From positions 27,776,001 through 27,840,000 of the forward strand of contig CM022670.1 of assembly GCA_012295275.1 (NCBI GenBank): a stretch of 64,000 nt of DNA, read 5' to 3'. The notes under the pieces were generated by a model that ran no database searches, had not been told where the DNA came from, and worked only from the letters and a program-made list of their open reading frames with translations. Numbering within the stretch: position 1 is the first letter of the stretch; every line of letters begins with the position of its first letter. A program made the translations under genes and the position numbers. Below are positions 1-14,417 of the stretch, piece after piece. This DNA is from Chrysomallon squamiferum (Eukaryota > Animalia > Mollusca).

Positions 1-1770
1 GTTTAATATAACAACCTATGATTGAAATGTTTGACAAATTATATACCATAATCTCAACATTTTAATTAAAGAATGATATAATAGTTAATTATTAATATAG
101 TGACATTAATTATATAAAGGATCTTTACACTTTTATCTTTTCTCTAAGTGTGGAGACAGGCACAGACACATTTTTCTGCCTATAACAGTTATGAAATTAA
201 TTCTGCAGACATATTATGCAATAGTTGTTGAATTATTGGTAATTATTCTGTTATTTTAGTTATTCTTTATTCATATTACTTTTTATATGCAAATGTTTTT
301 ATTTCATATACATACTGTCATTTTAGTGTAAGAACTGTATAACTAATAATGTTGTTATTCTGTTTTCAAAATGGTTCACACTTTATTACATAAAATACTG
401 TCAAAATATAAAAATGGAAGATGTAATTAAAAGCTAATATCTTGAAGATAAAAACTTAGTTTTATTTGTGAGCAAAAAATCTATATTTTCAATTTATTGA
501 TTTTTTTTTTTTTTTCATTTAAAATACTATTGTGATCTGGTTAGTGATTGTTATTACAGTATAGACAATAAAAATAATTATATTTTGAACTTGCTGTTAC
601 ACCCAGCATGACACAAGAACAGCATTACCATTTACCAAACACTGGTGTTTTCTATGCTGTATTGATTTCTTACATTCGTGCTGGGCGAAGTGACACTAAA
701 GAGATGGCCAGGAACAGCTATCGGGCTGCGGAGATGATTGAAGTAATCTCGCTAACTTCATGGGATTTACTTATTTCCATTTTCATTCCAGTGATACTGT
801 GTAAAAGGTGAAAAGTGGCCGTAACAAGCCAAGCACTTGCACAGGATTTGTGTGTTTTCCATATTTATACAAATGAACTGCCGTGCTGTGAGACAATTGT
901 CCTAAAACTACATTCACTCCCGTTCACACAATTTACTTGTTGTTCATATTTATGCAGCAGTTTGGAGCATTAGGAAACAGGTTTATATTGAAATAGTCTG
1001 CGATTGCCAATTTGATTTGTATTTGCATGCCTTAAAGATGATTTTCTTTCCTTTCTGTTGTAGAGTCTGGTAGCTAATTTAAAAAAAAAAAAGAAGGAAA
1101 AAATAAAGAGAAGTTGTTATTTATTTGTTTTCACAGGATGATATAGCTTACTGATATTAGTGTGATTTGGATTTTATGAAGTGACTAATATTTATTTATC
1201 AGTGTGCCACAGAATGCCATTTTGGCATTACTGAGTCACAGTAGGTGAAAAGAACAATGATTGAAAAAAACAACTGGTAATGGGTTTTAACACATGAGAA
1301 GTGTTTTAATGTGCTATCTGTGATTAAACAGTGTATTAACGAAGATCACATAAAATACGTTTACCATTGATATAACCCTGTCACTGATACTTCTGGCACA
1401 CAATTCACTTCATATATGAAAAATAAACCATATATTCTGAAGCTTAACACCACATATTATTTTTATTAAGTAATTATGTAAAATGTTTTTCTTTATTTTA
1501 AAAACAAAAACAAATCATTATTTTTTAATAAAAGAAATGAACACATGTAAAGATGAAGTACAATAAAATATGAATTAAAATATACAAACATTTTCTTTTA
1601 CTTTTTTAAAATCATAATTTTCTTATTCTTCTTCTTCTTTTTGTTTCTTGCATTTTCTTTTTTCTTTAATTATTTTTTTTTTTAAATTTATAATTAAGAA
1701 AAGAATTAATGCAATAGCAAAATAGGATGAGTTGTAAACCTTGATAGATCAAATTTGATAAAAAAAAAAA

Positions 1771-1805
<35 letters not shown>

Positions 1806-4800
1806 TGGTTATAATTTGATACCATTTTTAATTATATTTTTTCTTGTTTTCATAATATTATTTTTTAGCTGTTATGCCATTACATATAGCTGAATGATAG
1901 CCTTCAATAGTTTCAAGATAAAGTACTTTCTTATCAGTTCCCATTATAACAAAAAGCAAGCTCTTTTCTATCAGTATCCCATCAGCAAACATAACACGTG
2001 TAATTAGGCCAAGTCATTTAGTCATTACATGATGTTCCTTTCTATAGCAAATATTTGGAAAGATTTTATTTGCAAGCACAGTGTTCCATCTCATCCTTGT
2101 TAATTGCCTTGGATGATGGGAAGACACAGCCTTCAGTTATCTGCTGATTTATAACCAAACTGTGGCGGCACATCATAATTTTCTGGCTTGGCTGTAGCTG
2201 GCTTTATCTGTTAAAGGTACACAGCAGCTAAAGAAACAAAGTATAGTTATGAGGAGAGGTATGTGTATAGGTGCAGAAACGTTGCTGTTTGTCTATCAAT
2301 AACATATAGATTAGTTCTGGTTTTGAGTTGTTGAGCAAGCTTCTGTCAAGAGAGTCATTTATTTTCCCAGCTCATCACCAGCAGTAATGCTAAATAAATG
2401 TTTTTGGTCCCGTGGAGGACAGGAATGGTGTTTGTTGAAGAACTTAATGAGCCTGTAGATGCATCACTGTTTATGATCTATTAACAAGACTCTGTTTTCA
2501 AACAGTTTGCACAAACACAGCTAATCAACTGAATATAATAAAGGACTTTATGGAAAGAAGATGATCCTGATAATAAAATAGTACTAGTACTACTAGTAGT
2601 AGTAGTAGCAGTAGTTGTAGTAGAAATATTAATAATAATACTCAGCAGCAACATCATCATCATAAAAATAATAACAATTGCTGTAATAACCATATATGTT
2701 CTACGATGTATATATTTACAGCTATGAATTTCAAACATATCAAAAATATTATTTAAAAAGCAGTTAAATTGCATTACATCTTCATTATTGACTTATTTAT
2801 ATACATAAAGAAAATTAATTGAATACATAAAGAAAATTAACTGATTTTCTTTTCTAAAAAGTGCATTTAATCTGTTTCAAATTATTCAAGCAGTATATAA
2901 TTAAGAAAGGCTATTTCAGTAATTTCTTTTTTTTCTTAAAAATATTAGAATAAAAAAAAAAAAAATCCTCAAGTAAAACTAAGAAACCTGTGTCTTGAAC
3001 CACTTTCACTTCCTTTATCAATATATCATTCTTTGCAGCCATGGTATAGAAGCAGTTAGATATCTGTTTATGGTTGGGTTTTTTGTTATATTAAGAAAGA
3101 AAAAAAAAACGAGTTTGTTTGAGCTTCAGAGAATTTATGTACATTTAATTTAGGGATATGCTAGGCTAAATTTTAGAGCTGAGGTGCAGTTTCATGCAAT
3201 TTCATTAGTTTACCTTTGAACTTTATATTATCTATTTTATGCATGTGTGGAATATCAGAGTGTTTGTTTACCAGATGTATGTTAGATATAATACAGTGTT
3301 TGCAACACGTTAAACCTCATTCATTGCATGACTGGATGTGAGCATTAGGTTCTCATCCAGTAAACCATGTGTGTATTTTATCACAGTTACTGGTGATGGC
3401 TCAAAATACTGAGTGTACTGCTCCAAGAAAGGATTTCATACATCAGTATTAATATATAAATAACATAATACATATATATTTATTATTATTATTATTAAAA
3501 ATTATATAATAATAATATTAAAATAACTTTTCGTTAGTGTTTTTAATGTTTATTATTTGTAGGTTGTTACATTTCCTCAAATACAGCATATCTGTCTTCA
3601 GGAATCTACTTTTTTCTTCTTTTTTTTTTTACACTTTTTTTTTTTTATTAATATTTTGGTCAAATGCCTAGTAAAAACAAGTTTATAGTGATTGAAAAAT
3701 GAGAAGTGATAAATTTGAACGGATGTCAGAGACACATGCTAAACACAATGCCTCTGCTGTTACACTTTGTGAAACTGTGATGTAAATTGTGGCAGCCAAG
3801 CAGGTTAATCTTTGTGACAGGTAAATTACAGTAATTGGCTATTATGACAAGATAGCATCAACAAGTTAAAATGACAGTTGCATACATTAACAACCCTCTT
3901 TTTTTTTCTTTTTCTTTTTTGGATGTCAATGTTTCCTTTTTGCTGAAAACTTTTCTGTAACAGATTATTAGTTGATTAAGACTGATATATTAATTTTAAT
4001 TAATTATTAAAAAAAATAAAAAAATAATATATTTTTGATTTTTTCAAATTTTAATATTATATTTCTTAGTTTGTTTTCTCACTGATAGTAAATATTTTAT
4101 AAATAACATAAGTTTGCATTTTTCTTTCTGAGAGAACAATAACATCAACACAAATATTTTAAAAAAGTTAATTGTAATAAGGAATAATTGTGTAATACCA
4201 ACTACATAATTTAAAAATAAAAATGAGAAAATATACACATTATCATAGACATTTTAAAATACATTTTTTGGATTATAATATAGTATTTTATATATATAAT
4301 TGTTGTAAATAATAAATATATTATTCTGAAAATACATTTATCTATCAGTTAAATCATACATAATTTGAAACCTTATCTTTTTTCTTCCTCTTATGTTCAA
4401 AAATAAATCTAATAATAAAATAACTATCAAAAGATGAAGAAATCATTAAAAAATAATTTCTGACAAAAGCCTAAATATTATAATAATAATAACAATATAA
4501 TCATTTTATTTACAAGTATGTCAGTTTATTAAATGTTTTGTTATTATATAGTATTTTACTGCTGTTATTTAAGATATTTAATGCAGAAACTATTTTCAGA
4601 ATGATTAGTTTACACAAAAGCCTGTTTATGGATTATTTCTACTGAAAAAAAGCACAGCCTTGATTTCCAGGAAGAAAGAATTAAATAAATTGGTCTATTG
4701 GTTTCATGCAGTATGTTAACTCTATTATATTCTTGTTTACACTGTCAGAGGCCTACATTTTATAATTCCTCTGTTTTATCAGATCCTAGGTTGTATCCTG

Positions 4801-7800
4801 TATTTACAGCGAATAACTTTTGAACTATTTTAACAGTTTACCTGTATATCTGATAATAGCTGAAAAACAGCTTTTCTTAATTTTGTTTTTTCTCCATCAT
4901 TTTCTTTTTGAAGTGGGATTAAATGATTTGATGTGCATTTGTATGACTGTGTATATATATTTATCTATTTATCATATTGGGACCTAAATACCAGTGTTTG
5001 CTAGTAATGAAATGTGATCAAATAAAAAAGAAAAGGTTCATTCATATATGATACTGTTCTTTGTCATGTCATTTAAGAAATGTGACAAACATTTTGACTA
5101 AATACATCATTATAAATTTGTTATAAAAATAATGTACAAATGTAGTAGGCCATATATTAAGCTATACTTTAAAGACTAACTAACCTTATACAGGCAGTTA
5201 GTATTTATTTTATTAACAAGCATCAGCAGAAATTTACAAATTTATTTTTCAGCAAATAAGATCAGAAGAAATGATAGCCTTTGATATTCTGGTCACAAAA
5301 AGGAAGATTTATTTATAGCACTCAGCACATCTGACTAAAGTATTCAATTAATTTCTCCGTTCTTGAAAAATAACTAACCGACCAGAAGCTAAAGACTTTT
5401 TAAAACCAAATTTATTGATTGGAATACATGTGTTAAGATAAGGGAAAAACATCAGCTTTCTTTTTGTGCATTAATTATTTTATTCACTGTCCCGTTTTTA
5501 AAAATCTCTATTGCTTGAGGGATCTTTGAGCCAAGAACAATAAATTGAAAAGTGGTAGTGTAAAATATTTTTCATTAAAAACAACAACAGAAGAATAAAA
5601 AAACCCTTTATTTTATGGAAAGTTAATAAATAATAAATCGGGAAAAAGTATATATTTTTATTTATTTTTTTAATTTTAAAAATTCAAACAAAAAACGAAA
5701 TAAAAACATGAAAAATAAAAATAAAAAAAAGTAAAAAATGACATGGAGTTTTAATGTTTAATGGATAAACATGATATTTTTAAAAATTCCTGCTTGAAAT
5801 GCCTTGACTTAAAATTGAAATCCATAGGGTTTGTAATTGAGCTTGTAGTTTAAGTATGTCATTAGCCACATCATTACTGATTTGTAAATGAGACAAGGTC
5901 TTAAACCCAGTGGGAATCTGTTCTAAAGTCTTGTTAAATTGTCCAGACTACACGTGGGCACCTACAGCTCCTACCAGTGTCTACTAATAACTCTGTCATT
6001 TTACTAATAGGGTTTTCTGTACAACACTATATTATGGCACACATTTCTTCCATAAACCATGACATATCTGGTTAGTGTGATGAAGGCATAACTCACCTGC
6101 CAGGTTTGGCGTCTTGCCCCCTTGTTACTGGCACTGCTTGTTTTTCAGTGCTTTGATGCAGGTGATTACGTTCATTTGCAGAAATTATGGTGAATTGTTC
6201 AGCAGGTGTCTATGGCAGTGGCCCCTGTACTTCATTATTTGGTAAATGTGTAGAGTAATTGAGAGAGAATACTCCAACATGAGTGAAGAAGATACTAAAT
6301 AGTGTAACAGCAAGCAGACTGTAATTGCTTTCACAGTGTACAGTCAGCAGATTAATTACACAAGTGTGAAATGTTGAACACTTAATTTATAAAGCCTGTT
6401 TTGATCTTACTTGTATCCAGCTATATAATTTACAATGCTTAAAACTGAACATCTGCAGATAATAAAAGGGGGCATTCAATTTGGCCTTACATATTTTGTA
6501 ATTGTTTTAGCCTAAATAGAGGCAGGATAGTTTAAGTATAATCTGTAAAGCAGTAAAAATATTTTTTTGGTTTCTTTTTTTTTGTTGTAAATAATATTGT
6601 TTCATCATTAACTGGTTTGAAAGAGGAATATATTTCAAATATGTTTTTTTCTTCTTCATTTTTTTTTATGAACTATTTCTATAAGTATGTTCAGAAATAT
6701 TTATTCAGCCTTATCTGTCACAAAAATTTAAATTTCTATTTGATATTAAAGAAAAAATAAACAAAATTTTAAGTTTATAAAAATATTTTTATTTATTGAT
6801 TTATTTTTTAATTTTATTTATTGATTTAGTTTTTATTCAGTAATTTTGCATGTGATTATATACAGTTTGGTAGAATAAATCTGTAACAGAAACGGTTGTT
6901 TTATTTGAACAAGTATCATTCCTTGAAAAGTCTGTTTATTCCAGTCATGTTACCACATAACTTGATGTTCTAACCTTTTGTTAACATTCCACAGAACATA
7001 CATTCAGCCTTTTCTTCTTCTGTGGGGTTTTTTTCTCTGGGGAATGTATGATGTTAGAGATGTAATAAATTCTTTCTGATAAAGATGAAGTGTCTACTAG
7101 AAAATAGATTTTGTCTTCTGACAGTAGCCAGCTTGGCTGAAAAACAAAAACAACATTCTGCAATGCACAACGATTACAGGCTGTGTGTGTGTGCACACTG
7201 TTACAGTTAGAGAGAGTAAAATAAATTTTAAAAAAACCCAACAACATGAAAAACAAAAAACAAAAATTATGGAGATTTGTGAAAAAAAACATACAAAAAA
7301 CCCAACAAAAATCAACCAAAATGCTGCTTCTAAGAACAAGTACTGAATAACAATCAAGCTAGCCTTAGATAACAACAACAACAATAAAAATAATTTTTGT
7401 TAAAATACAGCTGAGATATTTTATTTTTAACACATGTAGTAATAATATTATTTCTTTAGAATCATTGGCTAGCACTGCAGTCATTATAAACAGCAGTCAA
7501 TGAAGATTAAAAGTTACAGAATTAGCAATATATTTTTATATTTATTTAAGTTCAGTTGATGAAAATATTTCATTTACATATTTTAAAAAAAAAAAAAAAA
7601 AAAGTCTTTATTATTATTAGAACTACTGAATAAAAAAATCATAAGCATGAAGTGGTGGAGTCCAAAGGTACAAAATTAGAACCTCATACATCAACGTCAA
7701 ACAGTACTGCAGTGCATGTTGCATGCCCTTAACCATTTCCAAGAGATTGTCACATTTAGATAGATTAGACAAACACATCACCACGGCGATGGATTGACAG

Positions 7801-8639
7801 AATATCAATGCTTCATTACTTGCAGCACTCGGCAGTATTAATAATGATCTGATTGCATTTAGAAAGCAATTATGATGCAATTGTGATCAGTAAATGGAAG
7901 CATGGCTGACTGGTCATTTCAGAGTCTCCACCAGTATTTTTATTTTTATTTTCTTTCACACTGGCAAGTTTTATTGATAAATGTTTGGAGTAGGTTTCAT
8001 TTTGTGTGAGTCATGCATCACGCATGGTACATGTGTGTGATAAACAAGGCAGAATTTGCTAAACAGATTTCATTAATGAAATCCTATTACTACATGCAAG
8101 AAGTGTAAATGATTGCAGAAGCTGTGTGAAATAGACTGACTCAGTATTAGTTGTTGTTCAATTCTAATAATGTTAGAATGAATTTTAGCTTTTGTTTCAT
8201 TCTGGTTTTGTGTATCTTGTATCATATTTACATGATAATTCACATTTAAATGTTACTCAGTACATTCATTTTATTTCAGTGATAACATTATTTTCTTGAT
8301 TGATTATTAACATATTCATCTTATTTGTAAATATTTGTTTTTGATAGAAACATTTGATTATATGTAAAAATTTGCATTCTAAGATTGATTTGAATATTAA
8401 AAAATAAAAAAAGAGAGAAGAAAAGAAAGGAAGAAGAAGAAGAAAAAAGCCAAAACCACCAACAATAGCTAAACCCACAGTTAAACATTAAATTAAAACA
8501 TTTAATTACTTTTTAATTAATTGATCAAGGATATTTATTTCAAAGCTTCCTTTAAAGTCCCTGTTTATATATCTAAAGACAAGCTAGTGCTTGACAGTAA
8601 AAAGAAATGTTAGTCTTCTTTTCCCAATGATAATTATAT

Positions 8640-9625
8640 TTTTATAGCAAGTTCATGTCCGAGTCCTTCCTCTTCAGTAAAATAGGCTTGATTAACTTGT
8701 TGGTATTCCTGTGGGCTTTACTGGTATAGACCATTACTGCATTGGAAAATCTGTCGACTCGTCTAGTCCTGATGGGACCTGAATAGTTGCGGAAACAGCT
8801 AATGGAGTTGTCTATTGATCCTACTCTAAAACACCGAGGTTTGAGCTGGATCTAAGATGAGGGAGGAAAAACTACTGATGATTTCCAGTTTGATTGGAAT
8901 GCTGAGAAACATTCAGACAAAACTGAAGTAGGGTAAATACCTCTTTATATGTGTTTATGCAAGCAATGAAATTAAAGACTTAGTGTTTTTGTTTGATTGA
9001 AATAGTCCTGTGTCCATAGCAAGGACCACAACCCAGATCATATTATGACATTTGCAGCTCTGACAAGAAGAAAAGAGGAGTGTCTCTCTGTGAGATTGCT
9101 TTGCCCTGCTGAGATGAGCAGAGTAGTTGTGTTTGGCTGATTTAACAATTCCCCACTGAGGCCATCGAGAAATTGATTTTTCTTTTTGAGTGTAAGATAT
9201 ATATTTATGAAATGGTATTGATGCTCCAATTCAGCATTCCATGTTGCACTACTTTCTTGCCGGCAACTCTAGAGGTAGTGGAGCCATTTGGTGAGGTTAG
9301 CAGACCCCCAGCATTTGGTAATGATAAGACCCATCCAATATTTTTATTGATTTGCAAGTGTGACTATTGAATTAGGCACTCTGGTGCCTTTGAGGAATAC
9401 ATATCTAAAACATGAATCACATGGAAACTACAAAGGATGTGATGAATATTCTTTTTAAATGAGTTCATTGGTCCTTGATCTTTGCTGATGCTCAAGAGGA
9501 ACTGGAGTCTTTTTCTGTGCATTGCTCTCTTATTCTGTGAAATTGTATGGAAATATAACTGGAAGGAAGTAACACCACTATTCTTCTCTGTTCTTACTCT
9601 GTGGATCATTTGATCTTAGTTCAAG
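8640..9625 (+). other. GC-richer island ending in a strong splice donor; possible first or 5'-UTR exon (5' boundary uncertain)
   Basis: About 1 kb lacking the A/T homopolymer runs typical of the flanks, with several retained CpGs, ending at AAG|GTATGT (9625/9626). No credible ORF. Confidence 0.3.
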
Positions 9626-10791
9626 GTATGTTTGTAAAACTTCTGAAAAAAATGTTTCACAATTCTCCATGTTTTACAGGAAATAAAATTTTGAAAAAAA
9701 AAATAAAACCTGTCAAAACCAATAAAAAAACAACAAGACTTCTGCTATTAATGTAATATTACATTTCTTTATGCTTTTAACCTCAGAAAGGGATACATTT
9801 TTAAAAAGTTGACATGTAGTCTTGTTATTTCTACCTCCTCTGAGTTTTTAATTTGCCATCCTGTGTCAGGTAATTATCCAGTTTAGTATCAGTTTACATT
9901 ATTCAAGTCATTTGTCTTTTTTCCACATTTAAAAAAAAAAAAAAAAACTTTTTTTTTTTTTGTGATTTATATTAGAATCATATTTTATGCATAATATATA
10001 GCACCAAAAAATATATAATTAATAACAGTACACTAAGTCCACCTTCCCTGTAGGAAGCAAAGTTCAGTTTTGTTTTATGCACTTGAACTAAATTATCTTT
10101 TGCTAATTAATTGCCTAAAAAAATTTACTTTCCAAACATTAATTAATTATATGCAGTTATGTCTACAGAAATACCCTAACCTTCTTAACCTGTATCAGTT
10201 TGTTTCTTTCACCTCTTTCCATCTTACATGTAGAATCCAATTAACTTGATTATATAAGTATTTCATCCCTAAGGTTTTGTTACTCATACTGTGGCCCTTT
10301 CTGAAGGGATTCAACACACTCACTGAACAGTGTGATATTAACAGCCTCTGGCTGTCTTTGTCTTGTAAGCCCAGTGAGGACATCTGTCATTCCATATACT
10401 GAATTTGTTCCAGGAGATGACACATCCGAGCACGACAGGAACAAAGCCATTGTGTTACAACACATTGTTTTCACTCTTCCACTGCAGTTGCTGCAGAAAT
10501 TTGTAACTGTTTTCATGACCTACAGGAAGGAGTTGTTGTTTGTAGCGCTGTATTTGGAAACATTACTAAAATAGATTCTTGTTTTTTGTTTACTGTACTT
10601 ATATTTGGATACAGTGGTGGATGTCAGAATTGCTTACATACTTGACAGGTTGGTTTGATTCACATTTTCCAGAACATTTGTAGTAAATATAATGGTAATT
10701 ATAATGGCAGGTAAATTGATGAATGAATAGTATTAATATTATTTTAAAATAAATATGATTAGTAAATAGGTATAGAGATAAAATAGTGGGA

Positions 10792-10999
10792 TAGTAGTAG
10801 TAGTTGTAGTAGTAGTAGTAGTGGTGACAGTAGTAGTAGTAGTAGTGGTTGAGGTAATAGTAAAAGTTGTAGTAATAGTTGGGACAGTGATAGTAATTGT
10901 AGTAATAGTTACAATGTTAATAATGATAGTAATGGTAACAGTAGTTGTAACACCACTAAAATAAGATAGAATCAGATCTAGGTCAATAGTAATAATAAT

Positions 11000-11040
<41 letters not shown>
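10792..11040. repeat. Compound (TAG)n / (AAT)n trinucleotide low-complexity tract
   Basis: Imperfect tagtagtag runs followed by aataataat. Confidence 0.9.
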
Positions 11041-11048
<8 letters not shown>

Positions 11049-11982
11049 CAGTACCTCCAACACTAAAAAAAAAAAAAAAGAAGATAAATTTACTAAGCTT
11101 CATTGGTTTTACATTTTCAAAATGGCTTTAAAAATAATGATTTCCTTTTTAAAATAATAACATATGAAGCTGTTGAATGAAAGTGTCATACAATTAAATT
11201 CGTATTATCACTACTGGAAACATGAAACTTGCATTAACAGGTGCAGTCTATCATTAGCTCATCTTTATGATACTGCACCCTGAAATCACAAGTGTCATGC
11301 GAGTAATATATGATACTAGGTGTATCTCATAATTATTTAAATAAGAGAAAATTAAAAATGAATTTAATTACCAGACATATTCTCTTAAAAATAATTGTCA
11401 AAGATGAATGTATATGTTTAATATATCTTTCAGAATTTAATCAGATGCTTTTATTCTGAATTTCTTTGACAGTTTTAGTTAGTTGTCATTATTTCTGGTG
11501 TCAATTTTTGAAAAATAATGTTTTGTTTTGAGGTTTTTCTAATTTTTCTAAATTTTATTAGTATGTTGATTTACTGAACAGAGAAAAAAATAAAAAAATA
11601 AAAAAAACACAGCTAAAAAACCCAAACATCTCTAGCAGAAAGTGTAACACTTTAAAAATCATTATTTCCCATGACAGTGAAAGGACAGGAAATTTAAACA
11701 AGAAAAGAATGAAAGAATATATATGTATAAAGAAAAAAGTAAGCTTTATAGTTTTCCTTGTATCCTGCAAAATCATTACTGTTTGTCCATCCTTAATAAA
11801 TAAGAGTGATGGGAATGTCCAGGTATTAACAAGCACATCAATATTATATGTTTTGTACAAGAAATCAATTCATTTATTTTGTTACTGTTACATCAATACA
11901 GAACTGAATGCCCCCACCCACTCAGTTAATTAACATCTGTGTTAAATCAATCACTTACATGTAAGGTGTTTATGTGTAAGGA

Positions 11983-11985
<3 letters not shown>

Positions 11986-12024
<39 letters not shown>
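11986..12024. repeat. (GT)n microsatellite
   Basis: About 19 uninterrupted GT units. Confidence 0.95.
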
Positions 12025-12030
<6 letters not shown>

Positions 12031-14211
12031 CTTGCATGCATGTTTGTGTGTGTAAAGCTGATATCTAATTGATTTATAAAATTCAGAAAACAGTTATGTT
12101 TTTCCTTGTTCAACTGTACGTTCAAAAAACCTGATTCCGAGTTATTTCTTTATTTAAAAATCCACTGGGGGCGGGGAAGTGGTGGTAGTAGTAGTAGTAG
12201 TAGTAGTAATAATAATAATAATAAAATAAAAAAAAATATATATATTACAAAATGAAATACAATTTTACCAAGATGTTTTATACAGTTATTATTCTTTCTA
12301 TTTCTTTTTTTTATTATTTTTTTAAAAATTATATCTAATTTTAACAAAATCTTCTTTTTGAAATTATATTTTCTGTTTCTGTCTGGGTCTTTTTTATTGT
12401 ACTAAATAAATAAATAAAAACTAAAAAGGTAAAAAGGGTTTTAGTTTAGTTTCACCTGGATCAAAATATACAATTTAAAAAAAAGAAAAATAAGAAATGG
12501 CACTGAACATGATTGAAGTATGAATGAATATATTTTTTTTTGAGGGGTCAGGTTGTTTTTTTTGTTGTTGAAAAAAGTCATTTTTTTTGGCTCTTATTTT
12601 TAAATATTTAATGTCAGCAAGTTGTATGTATATCTACCTGAATTACCAGTGGACATGTGGACACGGAATGTGACAGAAGGGAGGGAACTCTGATGGTTCA
12701 TTGAATCTGTATTTCTTGGACATTTTATAATTGTGGCCCTTTTATGGTGATATAAATATCTGTTACATCATTGCAGTGGTCATTAAAATGTATGTCAAAT
12801 TAAACTTATATATGTATGTATTATGTATGTATATCAAAAAGTTTCTTTATGCTTCAAAATATATATTAACTTCCCTCCTTTTTTTTTTAATGTACTAAAA
12901 GGTATTTTATGTGAAAATTCTGAAATCTGTTTACAGTTAAGTTCTAGATTGTCATTAATTTGTGTATTTTAAGTTTATTTTATTTTATTTTTTGAATATT
13001 ACAAATTTATTTACTATTCTAATTTTTTTGTTTACATTTTAAAAATATAAAAATAATAGTAAATAACAATTCAAGTTTGTAATATACTGACAAGATTTAA
13101 CCAAATGGACAACAATATGTAACCTGTTTTTACAAAATTTCTACAGTTGCTAAGTCTTTAGCAGAGTTATTTTCTTTTCTAAGGCCATGATATTGTTTTA
13201 TTATATCTGTCAAAAATGAGTTCTGCAAGAAGTATTTTTCTATAGATTATTTTAACTGACAGCTTTCAAAGCAATAACACTCAGTATCTGTGTGTTTGTA
13301 CATGTGTATGTTTACTTACTAGCATATTTATATTATTTTATATTAAATTTTAACTGTTCTGTATCATAATTGCTTCACATCATTTTCTGCATTTAAAAAT
13401 TACATATAATTAAATATAAAATCGTGTGTGTGTGTGTGTGTGTGAACATTTTTCCAAATTTTAATAGTGATTTTGAAATTTAAAGACCACATAAGGTTAC
13501 AAAAAGGAATAACCAAATAACTTTAGTTAATAATTGTGGTTAAAACTGTATCTTATTTATAATTATGATACCCTTTATCCTGGTGAAAGGATGTGTGTCA
13601 TGTGTTGGTTAATGTGTTTTTTAAAAAAAAAAAAAAAAAATGGGAATAATAAAAAATGGTAAAAAAGAGCTTTATTTGAGCATTATTTTAAAAATATAAA
13701 TTCTTTACATAAAAATGTTTATAGAAATTAATTTAAAAAAAAAAATGAATATGAAAAAGAACAGTATAAATATGTCACAATAAATGTGCAAAACTTACAT
13801 TTTTCTCTTTCTTTTTTTCTAAATCATATACATAATTTCTGTTTTCTTTTGTTTTATCAAGACATATTCAATTTTATCATCTTTGCTTGTATTTACACTG
13901 ACTACCCAAGGCAACCTGTACTTCTATTCTACCTGATCCAGCTTATCTCATTAAGATCAAAGGAGGAAACTGTAGATGCCATATCTTTTGATTTCTGTAC
14001 TTTGTAGGTAATAAGAAATAGCTTGTTACCTGTAAGCTTAAACATGATTCCTTGGTTGATAGACACTTTTCAAGATTACTGTTGAAACCTGAACACACTG
14101 ACAACAATGCAGCGTGTAAAAAATAAAGTAGATAGTTGTGCATTTTTCACCTGTCTCAGGTTTGTAACCAGTTAATTTCTTGTATCAGTTATTTCTTTTC
14201 CATTTTTGTTC

Positions 14212-14417
14212 TTGTTTTCAGAAATGGACAAAGAGAGCCTATCAAAACAATGTATGTAAAAAAATATTTGGCAAGTTGTTCATTCATATTTATGTTGAGT
14301 TTTTTCTTGTCTTTCTTTTGTTTTCATAAATGCTTCAGGAGAGCCAGAAAACCCCAAATAATATACGTAAATAAATGTTTAGCTAGTTGTTTGTTCATAT
14401 TTCAATGGGTGAATTTT
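14212..14417. repeat. Diverged tandem duplication, period ~106 bp
   Basis: ttgttttcagaaatg..gagagcc..tatgtaaaaaaatatttggcaagttgttcattcatattt (from 14212) vs ttgttttcataaatg..gagagcc..tacgtaaataaatgtttagctagttgtttgttcatattt (from 14318). Confidence 0.7.
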
